A DNA stretch of 32,000 nucleotides, from the NCBI RefSeq assembly GCF_000341395.1, contig NC_020304.1, positions 690,001 to 722,000 on the forward strand, written 5' to 3'. The notes beneath the pieces were generated by a model that did no database searches, was not told the origin of the DNA, and saw nothing but the letters and a program-made list of their open reading frames with translations. Shown piece by piece: positions 15,765 to 25,445 of this stretch. This stretch comes from Desulfocapsa sulfexigens DSM 10523. GTDB lineage: Bacteria; Desulfobacterota; Desulfobulbia; Desulfobulbales; Desulfocapsaceae. Within the stretch, counting starts at the first letter, position 1; every line of letters begins with the position of its first letter. The translations under genes were made by a program, and so were the position numbers.

Positions 15765-16670
15765 ATGAAAATTTGTATTTTATCCAGAGATAAAAACCTC
15801 TACTCTACCTCAAAACTGGTCGAAAATGCGGAAAAACGTGGCCATGAAGTGCATGTGATTGACCCACTGCGCTGCTATATGAACATTACTTCTCATAAAC
15901 CGTCCATTCACTTCAAAGGTGAACCTCTGGAGGGCTTCTCTGCAGTTATTCCCCGTATAGGTGCCTCTATAACCTTTTACGGCACAGCCGTGGTAAGGCA
16001 GTTTGAAATGATGGGGGTCTATTCAGTGAACGAATCCGTAGCTATTTCCAGATCCCGGGACAAACTCCGATCCCTGCAACTCTTGTCCCGCAGAGGAATC
16101 GGTCTACCGGTGACCGGTTTTTCCCATTCGACCATGTATACCCAGGATCTTATCGATCTTGCAGGGGGTGCGCCGCTTGTTATCAAACTTCTGGAGGGTA
16201 CCCAGGGAATCGGCGTGGTTCTCGCTGAAACCAACAATGCAGCCGAAAGTGTTATTGAGGCCTTCCGGGGACTGAAACAGAATATCCTGGTACAGGAATT
16301 TATCAAAGAGGCTAATTCACAAGATATTCGGTGTTTCGTGGTTGGTGGCAAGGTGGTTGCTGCAATGATGCGTACTGGTAAGGTGGGTGATTTTCGATCG
16401 AATATCCACCGGGGTGGCAAAGCTGAAAAAATAAAAATCACCCCGGAAGAGCGTTCCACAGCCGTACGAGCTGCCAAAATAATGGGTCTCAATGTGGCCG
16501 GGGTGGATATCTTGCGTGCCAACCATGGCCCGGTTGTCATGGAGGTGAACTCATCACCCGGCCTTGAAGGCATCGAGGCGGCATCCGGAAAAAATGTGGC
16601 AGATATAATTATTGCCTTTATCGAAACCAATGCTCAGGAGGGAAAAACAAAAACCCGTGGCAATGGCTGA
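15765..16670 (+). CDS. rimK: RimK-type ATP-grasp alpha-L-glutamate ligase (ribosomal protein S6 modification protein family)
   Basis: 301 aa, colinear with E. coli RimK as I remember it: MKI.ILSRD..LYS...L...A..RGH.V...DPL.CYMNI; [21 protein letters not shown]; [16 protein letters not shown]; [31 protein letters not shown]; DFRSN.HRGG; [25 protein letters not shown]. Confidence 0.93.
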   Translation: MKICILSRDKNLYSTSKLVENAEKRGHEVHVIDPLRCYMNITSHKPSIHFKGEPLEGFSAVIPRIGASITFYGTAVVRQFEMMGVYSVNESVAISRSRDKLRSLQLLSRRGIGLPVTGFSHSTMYTQDLIDLAGGAPLVIKLLEGTQGIGVVLAETNNAAESVIEAFRGLKQNILVQEFIKEANSQDIRCFVVGGKVVAAMMRTGKVGDFRSNIHRGGKAEKIKITPEERSTAVRAAKIMGLNVAGVDILRANHGPVVMEVNSSPGLEGIEAASGKNVADIIIAFIETNAQEGKTKTRGNG

Positions 16671-16734
16671 GATAACAGACAACTCATTTTATGTGGGGAT
16701 TTCTGATCAGAATATTAAAAGAAATCTCATTTAC

Positions 16735-18171
16735 TCATGCGCTGGTATCTAGAATCGACTGGTCATCTGGAAGAATTTTCTGTAACAGCGTTGTGCCTGG
16801 TGCTCCAGCACCGGCAGCAAAGCTGAGGGAAAGCAGGGGGGCCGAACTGATTGTTTCTTTCAACTCAGCTCCAAAGGTAGCAACGAAGTCAGCCTTTTCC
16901 CTGGTGTCCAGAAAAAAGGCAATCCTGACTGCTTCCGCAGTCTGAACACACCTGACCCGTATGTTTCCTAGCCCTTCGACCGTAAGATGCAGCGTACAGG
17001 AACAGTCGTTCTCCTTATTCTCCTCTTCATTACGTCCGCCTGCCTCCTGATCCACAAGCAGATAGCCCTTTTCGAGAAAAGAGAAGAGCAGCGGGAACAG
17101 AACACCATTCTCCTGCTGGAGACTTGCCTGAATAAACTGGCTGCTCTCCAGAGTGGCAAGAATACGGCCGGCAGCCGTACTGATCTCCTCCTGGCCTTTG
17201 AAAATCTGGGAAATCTCCGCCAGAACTGACTTGAGCTGAGCCACAGTGTCCTGCCCTTTGCCCTGATTCGCCAGTATTTCTGATCGAAGTCCCAGCTGCT
17301 CAAGACTGGTTTTAAGAAGTTCACCGGCCCCTGGTTCCTGAAGTTGAATCGGCTGCAGTCCCTCCATACTGTGCAGTAGTTGCTGCTGTGTTGGCTGCAG
17401 CAGTTCAAGACCAGAGAACAACGGCAATTGTAAAGCTCTAACCAGGGCTGGCAATGATTGCATCTGTCCCGTAAGCAGAAGAGGCTGCGTGTTACCCGGC
17501 ACTCCCCCTGCATTCAAAACTACAAAACCAGGTACAGGCTGCAATGACTGTAACTGCAGCACTTTACTCTCCCCCACCTCAGCACCTATGGCCCCCTGAA
17601 GTTGATAGGACTCGCCACCAATCCGAACCACTGCTCTGTTTTCTCCGAGAAGCTCGGTAACAGTGGCCTTCACCGTATAATTTCCCTGACGGATCAACTG
17701 TTCTACAGCTCCGGCATCCATTTTCTGCAAAACGGGCTGAGAATCCTGTCTGGCGATATCAGAAGAAACAGCAGAACCTGTTAAGACAGATCCTGAGGTG
17801 GAAAAAAAGCTCTTCTGAAGACTCTGTAAAAGGGGTTTCACGTTGATCACATCACCTGCCAGAGCAAGAGCCTGACGAGCCTGAGAGGGAAGGCCAGGAT
17901 CAACTATCTGTAGTTCCAGAACGGGTGCGGTACGCAGAACCTGAAACTGGATCTGTTCACCTTTTACCAAAGGAACATTGGATTGTACTTCAAAGCGCAA
18001 GCCTGCTGTCTCGAGCAGAAACATATTCTGTCCTCTGCTTTCAATCACCGTAGCAGATCCCGCCCTGCCGGGCTCCATCTGTGCCCCCCCGGACTGGGCT
18101 TTTTGACTCTGTAGTCCGGAACTGCCCTGTGGTCCGTAAAGGGCGGCAATTTGAGATGTACTGGTAATCAT
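16735..18171 (-). CDS. Q/L/G-rich protein with a FliK-like (flagellar hook-length control, Flg_hook) C-terminal domain
   Basis: 478 aa. The low-complexity Q-rich middle has repeated LQ motifs. The C-terminal segment CTLHLTVEGLGNIRVRCVQTAEAVRIAFFLDTREKADFVATFGAELKETI resembles the FliK pattern L.L.P..LG.v.v......v.v.f......r..l......L. No flagellar genes are adjacent. Confidence 0.5.
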   Translation of the reverse strand: MITSTSQIAALYGPQGSSGLQSQKAQSGGAQMEPGRAGSATVIESRGQNMFLLETAGLRFEVQSNVPLVKGEQIQFQVLRTAPVLELQIVDPGLPSQARQALALAGDVINVKPLLQSLQKSFFSTSGSVLTGSAVSSDIARQDSQPVLQKMDAGAVEQLIRQGNYTVKATVTELLGENRAVVRIGGESYQLQGAIGAEVGESKVLQLQSLQPVPGFVVLNAGGVPGNTQPLLLTGQMQSLPALVRALQLPLFSGLELLQPTQQQLLHSMEGLQPIQLQEPGAGELLKTSLEQLGLRSEILANQGKGQDTVAQLKSVLAEISQIFKGQEEISTAAGRILATLESSQFIQASLQQENGVLFPLLFSFLEKGYLLVDQEAGGRNEEENKENDCSCTLHLTVEGLGNIRVRCVQTAEAVRIAFFLDTREKADFVATFGAELKETISSAPLLSLSFAAGAGAPGTTLLQKILPDDQSILDTSA

Positions 18172-18295
18172 AGTTTCTTCTGGTGGCTAAACAATCACAC
18201 CATATCTCTTGGAAAAAACCTTGCTCTGCACCGTGGTTTATGGAATAAGAAGCTGTCCCTTCTTTTAAATCTACAGGAAAATTCTGCAAAACACC

Positions 18296-19069
18296 ATGAC
18301 ATTAAAAACTGGAATATACGTTGATGCCGAAAACATCAGACTCTGCGGTGGATATGGAATGCGCTATGATGTGCTGGTGGATCTTGCCAATCGTGGTGGC
18401 TCCAGTATGCTCCGCGCTAATTGCTACCTTGCCGAAAATGGTGAACGAACCAAGGAAGACCGCGATTATCGCCTGAAACTGTACCGCTATCACAACATTC
18501 TGCGTCAGTGCGGCTTTAAGGTTATCAAAAAGTACGTCAAACACTTTGTTGATGATGAGGGGATACTCACCACCAAGGCCAATGCGGACATGGATCTTGC
18601 AATCGACGCCCTGCTCCAGGCCAGAAAGCTCGACAAGATCATCCTTCTCACCGGTGATGGTGATTTTATCCGTCTGGTTCAGGCCCTCCAGAACATGGGA
18701 TGCCGGGTTGAAGTAATCGCCTTCAACAATGTGAGCAGCGATCTCAAGGAAGAGGCAGACAGTTTTCTCTCAGGTTTTCTTATCCCAGGCCTTCTGCCAA
18801 TTCAACAGGATGGGGGGCGCTGGTATCGAGGCATCCCAATAAATTACAACAGTGACCGGGGCTTTGGTTTTATGCGCTACTACTCCATGCAGGCACATGG
18901 ACTCCATGCGGAAAGTGTTTTTTTTCACTGTTCTAAATCAAGTGTCAGCTCCGATGGGCTTTTTCTGGACTCCGACAATATTTTTGAGTTCAAGATAGTG
19001 GCCAACCCTGAAAACAACAACAAAACCGAAGCCATGGACATTCGCTCCATTGACGAAATCCAGCCGTGA
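18296..19069 (+). CDS. NYN (LabA/DUF88-like PIN-fold) domain protein fused to a C-terminal cold-shock-like (CSD/OB) domain
   Basis: NYN motifs: GIYVDAENI...KANADMDLAIDAL...IILLTGDGDFIRLVQALQNMGCRVEVIAF. The C-terminal WYRGIPINYNSDRGFGFMRY...SVFFHCS...IFEFKIV has the RNP1-like (GFGF) and RNP2-like (VFFH) elements of CspA-type domains. Confidence 0.8.
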   Translation: MTLKTGIYVDAENIRLCGGYGMRYDVLVDLANRGGSSMLRANCYLAENGERTKEDRDYRLKLYRYHNILRQCGFKVIKKYVKHFVDDEGILTTKANADMDLAIDALLQARKLDKIILLTGDGDFIRLVQALQNMGCRVEVIAFNNVSSDLKEEADSFLSGFLIPGLLPIQQDGGRWYRGIPINYNSDRGFGFMRYYSMQAHGLHAESVFFHCSKSSVSSDGLFLDSDNIFEFKIVANPENNNKTEAMDIRSIDEIQP

Positions 19070-19698
19070 GAATAACCGCCTTCAGTGATACCCACATGCT
19101 CCACCAGCGGGTGGAAATCCCGGATGGTGATCTACTCATCTTCGCAGGAGACATGTCTGTATGCAGGACTCTGCAGGATGTTGCGGGATTCAACACTTTC
19201 CTGAAATCATTGCCACATCCATACAAAGTGGTAATCGGCGGCAACCATGACCACCTCCTGGCTTCATCACCGGATCTTGGCCGCGAATTGCTTCGGGATG
19301 CCACCTATCTTCAGGACGAAAGTGTAATCATTGAAGGAATCAAAATCCACGGCTCTCCCTGGCAGCCAATCTTTAACACCAATGCCTGCGATGCATTTGC
19401 TCTTCCCCGTGGCGGAGCTATACTCCAAAAATGGGATCTGATTCCAGAGGATACAGACATCCTTATCACCCACAGTCCACCCGCCGGCATTATGGATGAA
19501 GATGGTGGAGCCAGCCACGGGTGTAGTGACCTTCTCCATGCTGTACAACGCATAAAACCTACGTTTCATATTTTCGGCCATATTCACAATCATAATGGAA
19601 TACAGCGAATTGGCTGCACCACTTTCGTCAACTGTAACGTGAAAGACAAAAATAACAGGGTACGCCCGGCCCTTACATTTGATTATCCTTCCCGATAA
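19066..19698 (+). CDS. Calcineurin-like metallophosphoesterase
   Basis: All five MPE motifs are present: FSDTH, FAGDMS, GGNHD, ITHSPP, GHIH. The GTG start overlaps the upstream TGA (GTGA at 19066-19069), which suggests translational coupling with the NYN-CSD gene. Confidence 0.85.
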   Translation: MRITAFSDTHMLHQRVEIPDGDLLIFAGDMSVCRTLQDVAGFNTFLKSLPHPYKVVIGGNHDHLLASSPDLGRELLRDATYLQDESVIIEGIKIHGSPWQPIFNTNACDAFALPRGGAILQKWDLIPEDTDILITHSPPAGIMDEDGGASHGCSDLLHAVQRIKPTFHIFGHIHNHNGIQRIGCTTFVNCNVKDKNNRVRPALTFDYPSR

Positions 19699-19798
19699 GG
19701 TTATAATTACAAAACTGTTGGGTGGACTACTTCAGCTGCCCTCCTTCACTCTTCAGCCTATCTCTTAACCTTCAGCACCTCGAGTCAGGAGTTATACA

Positions 19799-21298
19799 AT
19801 GACAGAGCCACAACAGATTCTTATAGGTGGAAATAAAGCAGGTGAGCAAATCCTTCTCAATCCCGCCATGGCAAATCGCCATGGATTAATCACCGGAGCA
19901 ACGGGGACCGGTAAAACTGTGACTCTGCAGCTCCTGGCCGAAGCTTTTTCAAGGCTTGGAGTCCCTGTCTTTTCTGCAGATGTCAAAGGGGATCTTTCTG
20001 GCATCGCCAATCCCGGCAAGCCACATCCAAAAGTCAGCGAACGGCTGAACCACATGGGGGTCAGTGCCCACCCCTTTGAGGGCTGCCCGACCCTGTTCTG
20101 GGATATTGAAGGCAAAACTGGCCATCCTGTACGTACGACGATTTCGGAAATGGGTCCCGTCCTGCTGGCCAACATTCTTGAACTGAATGACACCCAGAGT
20201 GGCATCCTCCACGTTGCCTTTTCCGTTGCCGACGACCAGGGCTTACTCCTCCTTGATCTTAAGGATCTGAGCTCCATGCTCAACTGGATTTCAGAAAACC
20301 GTAACGAACTGGCTAAAGAATATGGCAATATCGCCTCTCAGAGTGTTTCTGCCATTCAACGTAAACTTCTGGTTCTGCGAGAATCCGGTGGGGAAGTCTT
20401 TTTTGGCCAACCGGCTCTGAACATTGACGATCTGATGCACGCCGACTTCTCTGGCCGTGGAGTGGTCAGCCTCCTCGATGCGTCATCACTCTATTCAAAC
20501 CCCAGAATCTATAGCACATTTCTATTATGGCTTCTGTCCGAACTTATGGAAGAACTGCCCGAACGCGGCGACGCCCCTCTGCCAAAACTGGTATTCTTTT
20601 TCGATGAAGCACATCTTCTGTTCAATAATTCGCCCAAGGCCCTGATTGATCGCATCACACAGGTTGTGCGGCTGATACGTTCCAAAGGGGTGGGGATATT
20701 CTTCGTCAGCCAGTATCCCAATGACATTCCGGATGAGGTTTTGGGACAATTGGGTTGTCGCATCCAGCATGGACTCCGAGCCTTCACCCCCAAAGATCAG
20801 AAGGCAGTAAAAGTAGCTGCCCAGACCTTCCGCCAGAATCCCGGAATTGACACCGAAAAAGCCATCACTGAACTTGGAGTTGGTGAAACACTGGTTTCCA
20901 CCCTGGATCCCAAAGGACGCCCCACAGTGGTGGACTGGTGCCTGATGGCTCCCCCCCATTCTCAAATCGGCCCCATCGCTGCGGAAGAAAAAAACAGACT
21001 TATGGATCGTTCACCAATTAAAGGGCGCTATGATACTGTGGTTGACCGGGAATCAGCATATGAACTGTTGATAGCAAGAGAAGAAGAAGTGGAGAAGAAA
21101 CGTCGGGAAGCAGCAGCCGAGCTTGAACGGGAACAGGCAGCTGCACACGAGGAAAGGCAGAGGAACAAACCCTCCGGCAGGCAAAGAGAATCCGTCCTGG
21201 AAAGCACACTCAAATCCATTGGCCGAAGTTTCGGTTCCCAGGTGGCCCGCTCTCTGGCTCGGGGTATTCTTGGTTCACTTATCGGCAAACGTCGCTGA
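19799..21298 (+). CDS. YjgR-like DUF853 / HerA-FtsK-fold P-loop ATPase
   Basis: 499 aa. N-terminal ...NRHGLITGATGTGKTVTLQLLAE (Walker A), Walker B FFFDEAHLLF, IFFVSQ.P.D.P..VL.QL. The C-terminal tail is charged and K/R/E-rich. The overall layout is as in E. coli YjgR. Confidence 0.85.
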   Translation: MTEPQQILIGGNKAGEQILLNPAMANRHGLITGATGTGKTVTLQLLAEAFSRLGVPVFSADVKGDLSGIANPGKPHPKVSERLNHMGVSAHPFEGCPTLFWDIEGKTGHPVRTTISEMGPVLLANILELNDTQSGILHVAFSVADDQGLLLLDLKDLSSMLNWISENRNELAKEYGNIASQSVSAIQRKLLVLRESGGEVFFGQPALNIDDLMHADFSGRGVVSLLDASSLYSNPRIYSTFLLWLLSELMEELPERGDAPLPKLVFFFDEAHLLFNNSPKALIDRITQVVRLIRSKGVGIFFVSQYPNDIPDEVLGQLGCRIQHGLRAFTPKDQKAVKVAAQTFRQNPGIDTEKAITELGVGETLVSTLDPKGRPTVVDWCLMAPPHSQIGPIAAEEKNRLMDRSPIKGRYDTVVDRESAYELLIAREEEVEKKRREAAAELEREQAAAHEERQRNKPSGRQRESVLESTLKSIGRSFGSQVARSLARGILGSLIGKRR

Positions 21299-21303
21299 AC
21301 AGG

Positions 21304-21325
21304 ACAGCTTTATCTTGCTGTTTTT
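21304..21325 (+). terminator. Weak intrinsic terminator candidate
   Basis: ACAGC-tttatctt-GCTGT followed by TTTT, starting 6 nt after the stop codon. The stem is only 5 bp. Confidence 0.3.
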
Positions 21326-21532
21326 ATACATCCTTAATCTCGTCGTGTTTGTGGGCTAGCCTATTAATAATAGAATGACAAGCCATTCCAATCTCGAACA
21401 TTAACCGAACGAAATCGGAGATAAAACTGATTCTGGGAGAAGTCACAAAAAAAATGTCCACTTTTACTTGACCATCTTTATGCTGCAACTATTCCGACAA
21501 ATCCTAACTTTTATATTCTTTGGGAGATATAT

Positions 21533-24283
21533 ATGGCTGGCCCGCGTAGCCTTGTCCTTGAAATTCATAACCTTACCGAACATCTCTATCGTGTCCTTCA
21601 GGAGCAGGTTGGAGTTGAACTCACCGAACTTGTGGAGCATGTTTTTGATCTCGCCAAAGCACGTCGGGCCGGGGACATAAAAGCAGCCCATGAGCTTGGA
21701 AAACTGGTGGCCGACCTTGATGAGCGCCAGGCTGAGGTTGTACTGACCGCAGCGAGCCTTCGTTTTGATCTGGTAAACATGGCCGAAGATCGCCAGCGGG
21801 TGCGGATGCTGCGTGACCGGGAAAGACGCAGTGGCCACCACCCTCGCCCGGAGTCCATTAGCGCAGCCATCGCCTACCTCGGTGAAGAAGGGTATGGTGC
21901 TGACCAGGTCCAGGGGTTTCTTGACAAACTTTCTATCGAACCGGTCTTCACTGCGCACCCCACAGAGGCCAAGAGGCGAACAGTACGTGCCAAGCTCAAG
22001 CGTATCCAGCAATGTTTGGCGGAACTCAACCAGCACGACCTCCTGCCGCGCGAGGAGCAGCGTCTGGAGGAGATCATTCACTGTGAAATTGTAGCACTCT
22101 GGCAAACCGAGCCCCATCGCCCTGAACGGCCCACGGTCATCGAGGAGGTCGAACGTGCCCTCTTCTTCATGCAGACCCTCTGGGATGTAGTGCCTCGCCT
22201 TTATCAAGAGCTGGAAGATGGCTTGGGGCGTTATTTCTACGGCAATATCTTTTCCAGAACCCGATTCTTACATTTCGGTTCCTGGATCGGTGGTGATCGT
22301 GACGGCAACCCCTTTGTCACCAGTGAGGTCACTGCCCAGACCCTTACCATTCTACGGCAGGCCGCCCTTGACGCCCACCTTCAGGAATGCCGGCAGATGT
22401 ACCAGAGGTTGAGCATGTCCATGCGCAAGATTGGCGTCAATCAAGAACTGGTCCGGCGGCTTGCCGAGATGATGGAGCAGTGGCCCCAGATGCAGGCCCG
22501 GATTGATGACGTACCGGAACAGGAGCTCTATCGCCGCTGGCTTCGAGCGGTTGAGTGGCGCCTGCACCAGAGCAGGATTGCCGTTCCTTTTGCTGAACTA
22601 CCGCCTGGAGCCTATCAACGGGCGGCCGAGCTGCTGGCCGATATCGAGCTGGTCCGCCAGAGTTTATGGGACCATGATGCCCGAGATGTAGCGGAAAACA
22701 CGGTGACAAACTGGCTCTGCCGTATCCGGGTCTTTGGTTTTCACATGGCCTGCCTGGATATCCGCCAGGAGTCTGGTGATTATGAGCAGGTGGTGGCCGA
22801 ATTACTTGCCTGCCAGCAACTCTGTAGCAATTATATGGATCTGGATGAACAAGACCGCCAGGATGTACTGTGCCGTACTATGGGATCTGCCCTGCCTCTG
22901 GAGGCTGACGCCCTCTCCGACCAGACCCGGGAAGCCCTGGCCCTCTTTCGCTTGCTGACCCGGACCGTCCATCTTTACGGACCTGAAGTCCTTGGTGGTC
23001 ATGTCATCAGTATGACCCACCAGCCAAGCCATGTCCTGCTGGTTCTCTGGCTATTGCGCTGGGCCGCAGTCGAGGCAGGCGATCCTGATTCACTCGGGGT
23101 GGGGCCGGCCGGTATCGTGCCGCTTTTTGAGACCATTGATGACCTCAAGCGTTCGGCCACCATCATGGAGTACCTCCTTGAAAACAAGCTCTACAAAGCC
23201 CATCTGACAAGCTATGGCAGGACCCAAACCATTATGGTGGGCTATTCTGACAGCACTAAGGATGGCGGCTATCTTGAGGCATGCTGGTCGCTCTATCGTG
23301 GTCAGTCGGAACTGTATGACGTGTGCAGAAGCCATGGGGTAAAACCAGTCTTTTTTCACGGGCGCGGTGGCTCCTTGGGCCGTGGCGGTGGCCCGGCGGC
23401 TCGCAGCATAATGTCTCTGCCGCCTCATACTGTGGCCGGGGCCATCAGGATGACCGAGCAGGGTGAGGTTTTGGCAGCCCGTTATGATGATCCGGAGATT
23501 GCCTTCCGCCACCTGGAACAGGTAACCGCTGCCACTATTCTGGTGGAGGCTGAAAAATGTGAGCCGCCCCGTCAGGAGTGGTTGGATTGCATGGAGTCCT
23601 TGGCGGCAAGGGCGTATGAGGTGTACCGGGACCTGGTAGAGCAGCCCGGTTTTGTTGACTATTTCCGTCAGACCACCCCCATTGACGAGATAGAGTCCCT
23701 GCCCATTGGTTCACGACCGTCGCGGCGCAAGCAGAATGTCCACAGCCTGGAAACCCTCAGGGCCATCCCCTGGGTCTTTGCCTGGACCCAGAGCCGGGTC
23801 ATGATTCCAGCCTGGTATGGCCTTGGCACAGCCATGGTCGAGTTTGCCGCAGCCGATGAAGAGGGCTGGCAGAAGTTAAACCGGATGTATCAGCAATGGG
23901 CCTTCTTCAAGGCAACTGTGGATAACGCTGAACAGGCCGTGGCCAAGGCCTCACCCAGCATTGCTCACATCTATTCCCAGCTCGCCGAAAACAAGAAGCA
24001 GCGCCGAGTCATCTGGGATCTTCTGGTCACTGAATACGACAAATCCTGCAAGGCGGTGCTCTATGTCAACGGCAGCGATGATTTACTTGAAGTTACCTCC
24101 TGGCTTGCCCGCTCCATTGAGGAACGTGATCCCTATGTGGATCCCCTCAACCTGATCCAGGTGGAGTTAATAAAGAGGGGACGGCAGCTGGCCGGCAAAG
24201 ACGGCCATGTGCCCGATACTATTCGTGTCCTCATCCGCCAAAGCATCCAGGGGATGTCGGCCAGCATGCGGACAACCGGGTAA
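21533..24283 (+). CDS. ppc: Phosphoenolpyruvate carboxylase
   Basis: 916 aa. PEPC signatures: VFTAHPTE, GSWIGGDRDGNP, VGYSDSTKDGG, FHGRGGSLGRGGGP. The C-terminus ends ...MRTTG, the canonical ...NTG-type end. Confidence 0.95.
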   Translation: MAGPRSLVLEIHNLTEHLYRVLQEQVGVELTELVEHVFDLAKARRAGDIKAAHELGKLVADLDERQAEVVLTAASLRFDLVNMAEDRQRVRMLRDRERRSGHHPRPESISAAIAYLGEEGYGADQVQGFLDKLSIEPVFTAHPTEAKRRTVRAKLKRIQQCLAELNQHDLLPREEQRLEEIIHCEIVALWQTEPHRPERPTVIEEVERALFFMQTLWDVVPRLYQELEDGLGRYFYGNIFSRTRFLHFGSWIGGDRDGNPFVTSEVTAQTLTILRQAALDAHLQECRQMYQRLSMSMRKIGVNQELVRRLAEMMEQWPQMQARIDDVPEQELYRRWLRAVEWRLHQSRIAVPFAELPPGAYQRAAELLADIELVRQSLWDHDARDVAENTVTNWLCRIRVFGFHMACLDIRQESGDYEQVVAELLACQQLCSNYMDLDEQDRQDVLCRTMGSALPLEADALSDQTREALALFRLLTRTVHLYGPEVLGGHVISMTHQPSHVLLVLWLLRWAAVEAGDPDSLGVGPAGIVPLFETIDDLKRSATIMEYLLENKLYKAHLTSYGRTQTIMVGYSDSTKDGGYLEACWSLYRGQSELYDVCRSHGVKPVFFHGRGGSLGRGGGPAARSIMSLPPHTVAGAIRMTEQGEVLAARYDDPEIAFRHLEQVTAATILVEAEKCEPPRQEWLDCMESLAARAYEVYRDLVEQPGFVDYFRQTTPIDEIESLPIGSRPSRRKQNVHSLETLRAIPWVFAWTQSRVMIPAWYGLGTAMVEFAAADEEGWQKLNRMYQQWAFFKATVDNAEQAVAKASPSIAHIYSQLAENKKQRRVIWDLLVTEYDKSCKAVLYVNGSDDLLEVTSWLARSIEERDPYVDPLNLIQVELIKRGRQLAGKDGHVPDTIRVLIRQSIQGMSASMRTTG

Positions 24284-24613
24284 CGCTGGTATCATTTAAG
24301 GGGGATGCAAAGGTCTATATCAAGCTCGACAAGAGCAAGTTTTGCGGCAAAGACCTGGCAGGAGGCGATAGACATCAAAGGCCTGGGCCCGTTTACGGCC
24401 CTGAAACAGGCCTGCCCCCCATGACAAGCGGAGGCTTCAAGGATTGGTTCTTCATATTGTATCTATTCGTTCATCCTTACAATTTCTCTTTGTTATTCCA
24501 GCTCTTCCGGTAATACATTACATACCTGCCTGAACTTATCACGACCAATGTCAATCCCTTCTTCCAGAAGAACTTACACCGAACGGACATCCAAGCAGCA
24601 CTGCCATACTATA

Positions 24614-25255
24614 CTACTTCGCCGGGATAACTTTCGAAAAGTACTCCCCAATGAGAACTCCAAAATCAGCTGGTAAACTCTGATCACTGGAGCCACCATT
24701 GTAGGAAGCAGCCCAGGCACTATTAGAAGTGGAAAGCAGTCTCTGATGCAGGATCTTCTTGCTGCCTGCATCTCGTATCTCCACCATTACATCCATAAAA
24801 GAACTCCCGACAAAAACTCCGCCCCACATACGGGCAGCGTTACTGGTGATCCTCATATCAACAATTTTCAAATCAACCACGGCGGTCTTTCCTGAAAACT
24901 TTTTAGTCCCATCATCCGTTACATTTTTGTAGCTTTTCTTGGATTTCAATTGATTCACTATCTGCTCTTCGCAGTCACTGGCCGCTTTTGGATAATCGGT
25001 CTGAACCTGAGTACTGCTCTCAAATTTACCTATGATGACATTATCATACTTTACTGCCAGAGGTGCTCCCGCCACCATATCCTCAACGGAAGCCAGTTCC
25101 AGTTTTTCAGTTCCAGACTTGCTTGTTGCACCACTCTCCGGTGCAGCCTTACTGGCACTTCCCTGACCGGACTGCCCACCGACACAGGCACAAACAAGAG
25201 GAAGGACAAAAAAGAGGGACAACATGGTACAGACAGACTTTCTCACAGTTTTCAT
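24614..25255 (-). CDS. Lipoprotein, function unknown
   Basis: 213 aa. Signal peptide with a lipobox-like LPLVCAC-VGG, then a Ser/Gly/Ala-rich linker, then a globular domain. Family not recognised with confidence. Confidence 0.7.
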   Translation of the reverse strand: MKTVRKSVCTMLSLFFVLPLVCACVGGQSGQGSASKAAPESGATSKSGTEKLELASVEDMVAGAPLAVKYDNVIIGKFESSTQVQTDYPKAASDCEEQIVNQLKSKKSYKNVTDDGTKKFSGKTAVVDLKIVDMRITSNAARMWGGVFVGSSFMDVMVEIRDAGSKKILHQRLLSTSNSAWAASYNGGSSDQSLPADFGVLIGEYFSKVIPAK

Positions 25256-25445
25256 TGGACGCTCCTAAGATGGTAAATGCATTGTTAAATACCCGACAAA
25301 TGTCATGTTATATGGTATAGCAAAGACATCATGCTTTGTGAATGGATTTCAGCAATACAATGAGTAACTTTCCCATTGCAGAGTCCTACAAAAGCAGATA
25401 TTACTACCATCCTGATAAAATCATAAATTTCACTCTCTTTTTTCA

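Noticed and set aside
16019-16630. 203-aa minus-strand ORF
   Set aside because: It is antisense to rimK, so it is a shadow ORF.
19792-20328. 178-aa minus-strand ORF
   Set aside because: It lies entirely antisense to the well-supported YjgR/DUF853 ATPase gene. Its S/R/P-rich composition is typical of a shadow frame.
21464-22207. 247-aa minus-strand ORF
   Set aside because: It is antisense to the 5' part of ppc, whose identity is unambiguous, and it has no recognisable motifs.
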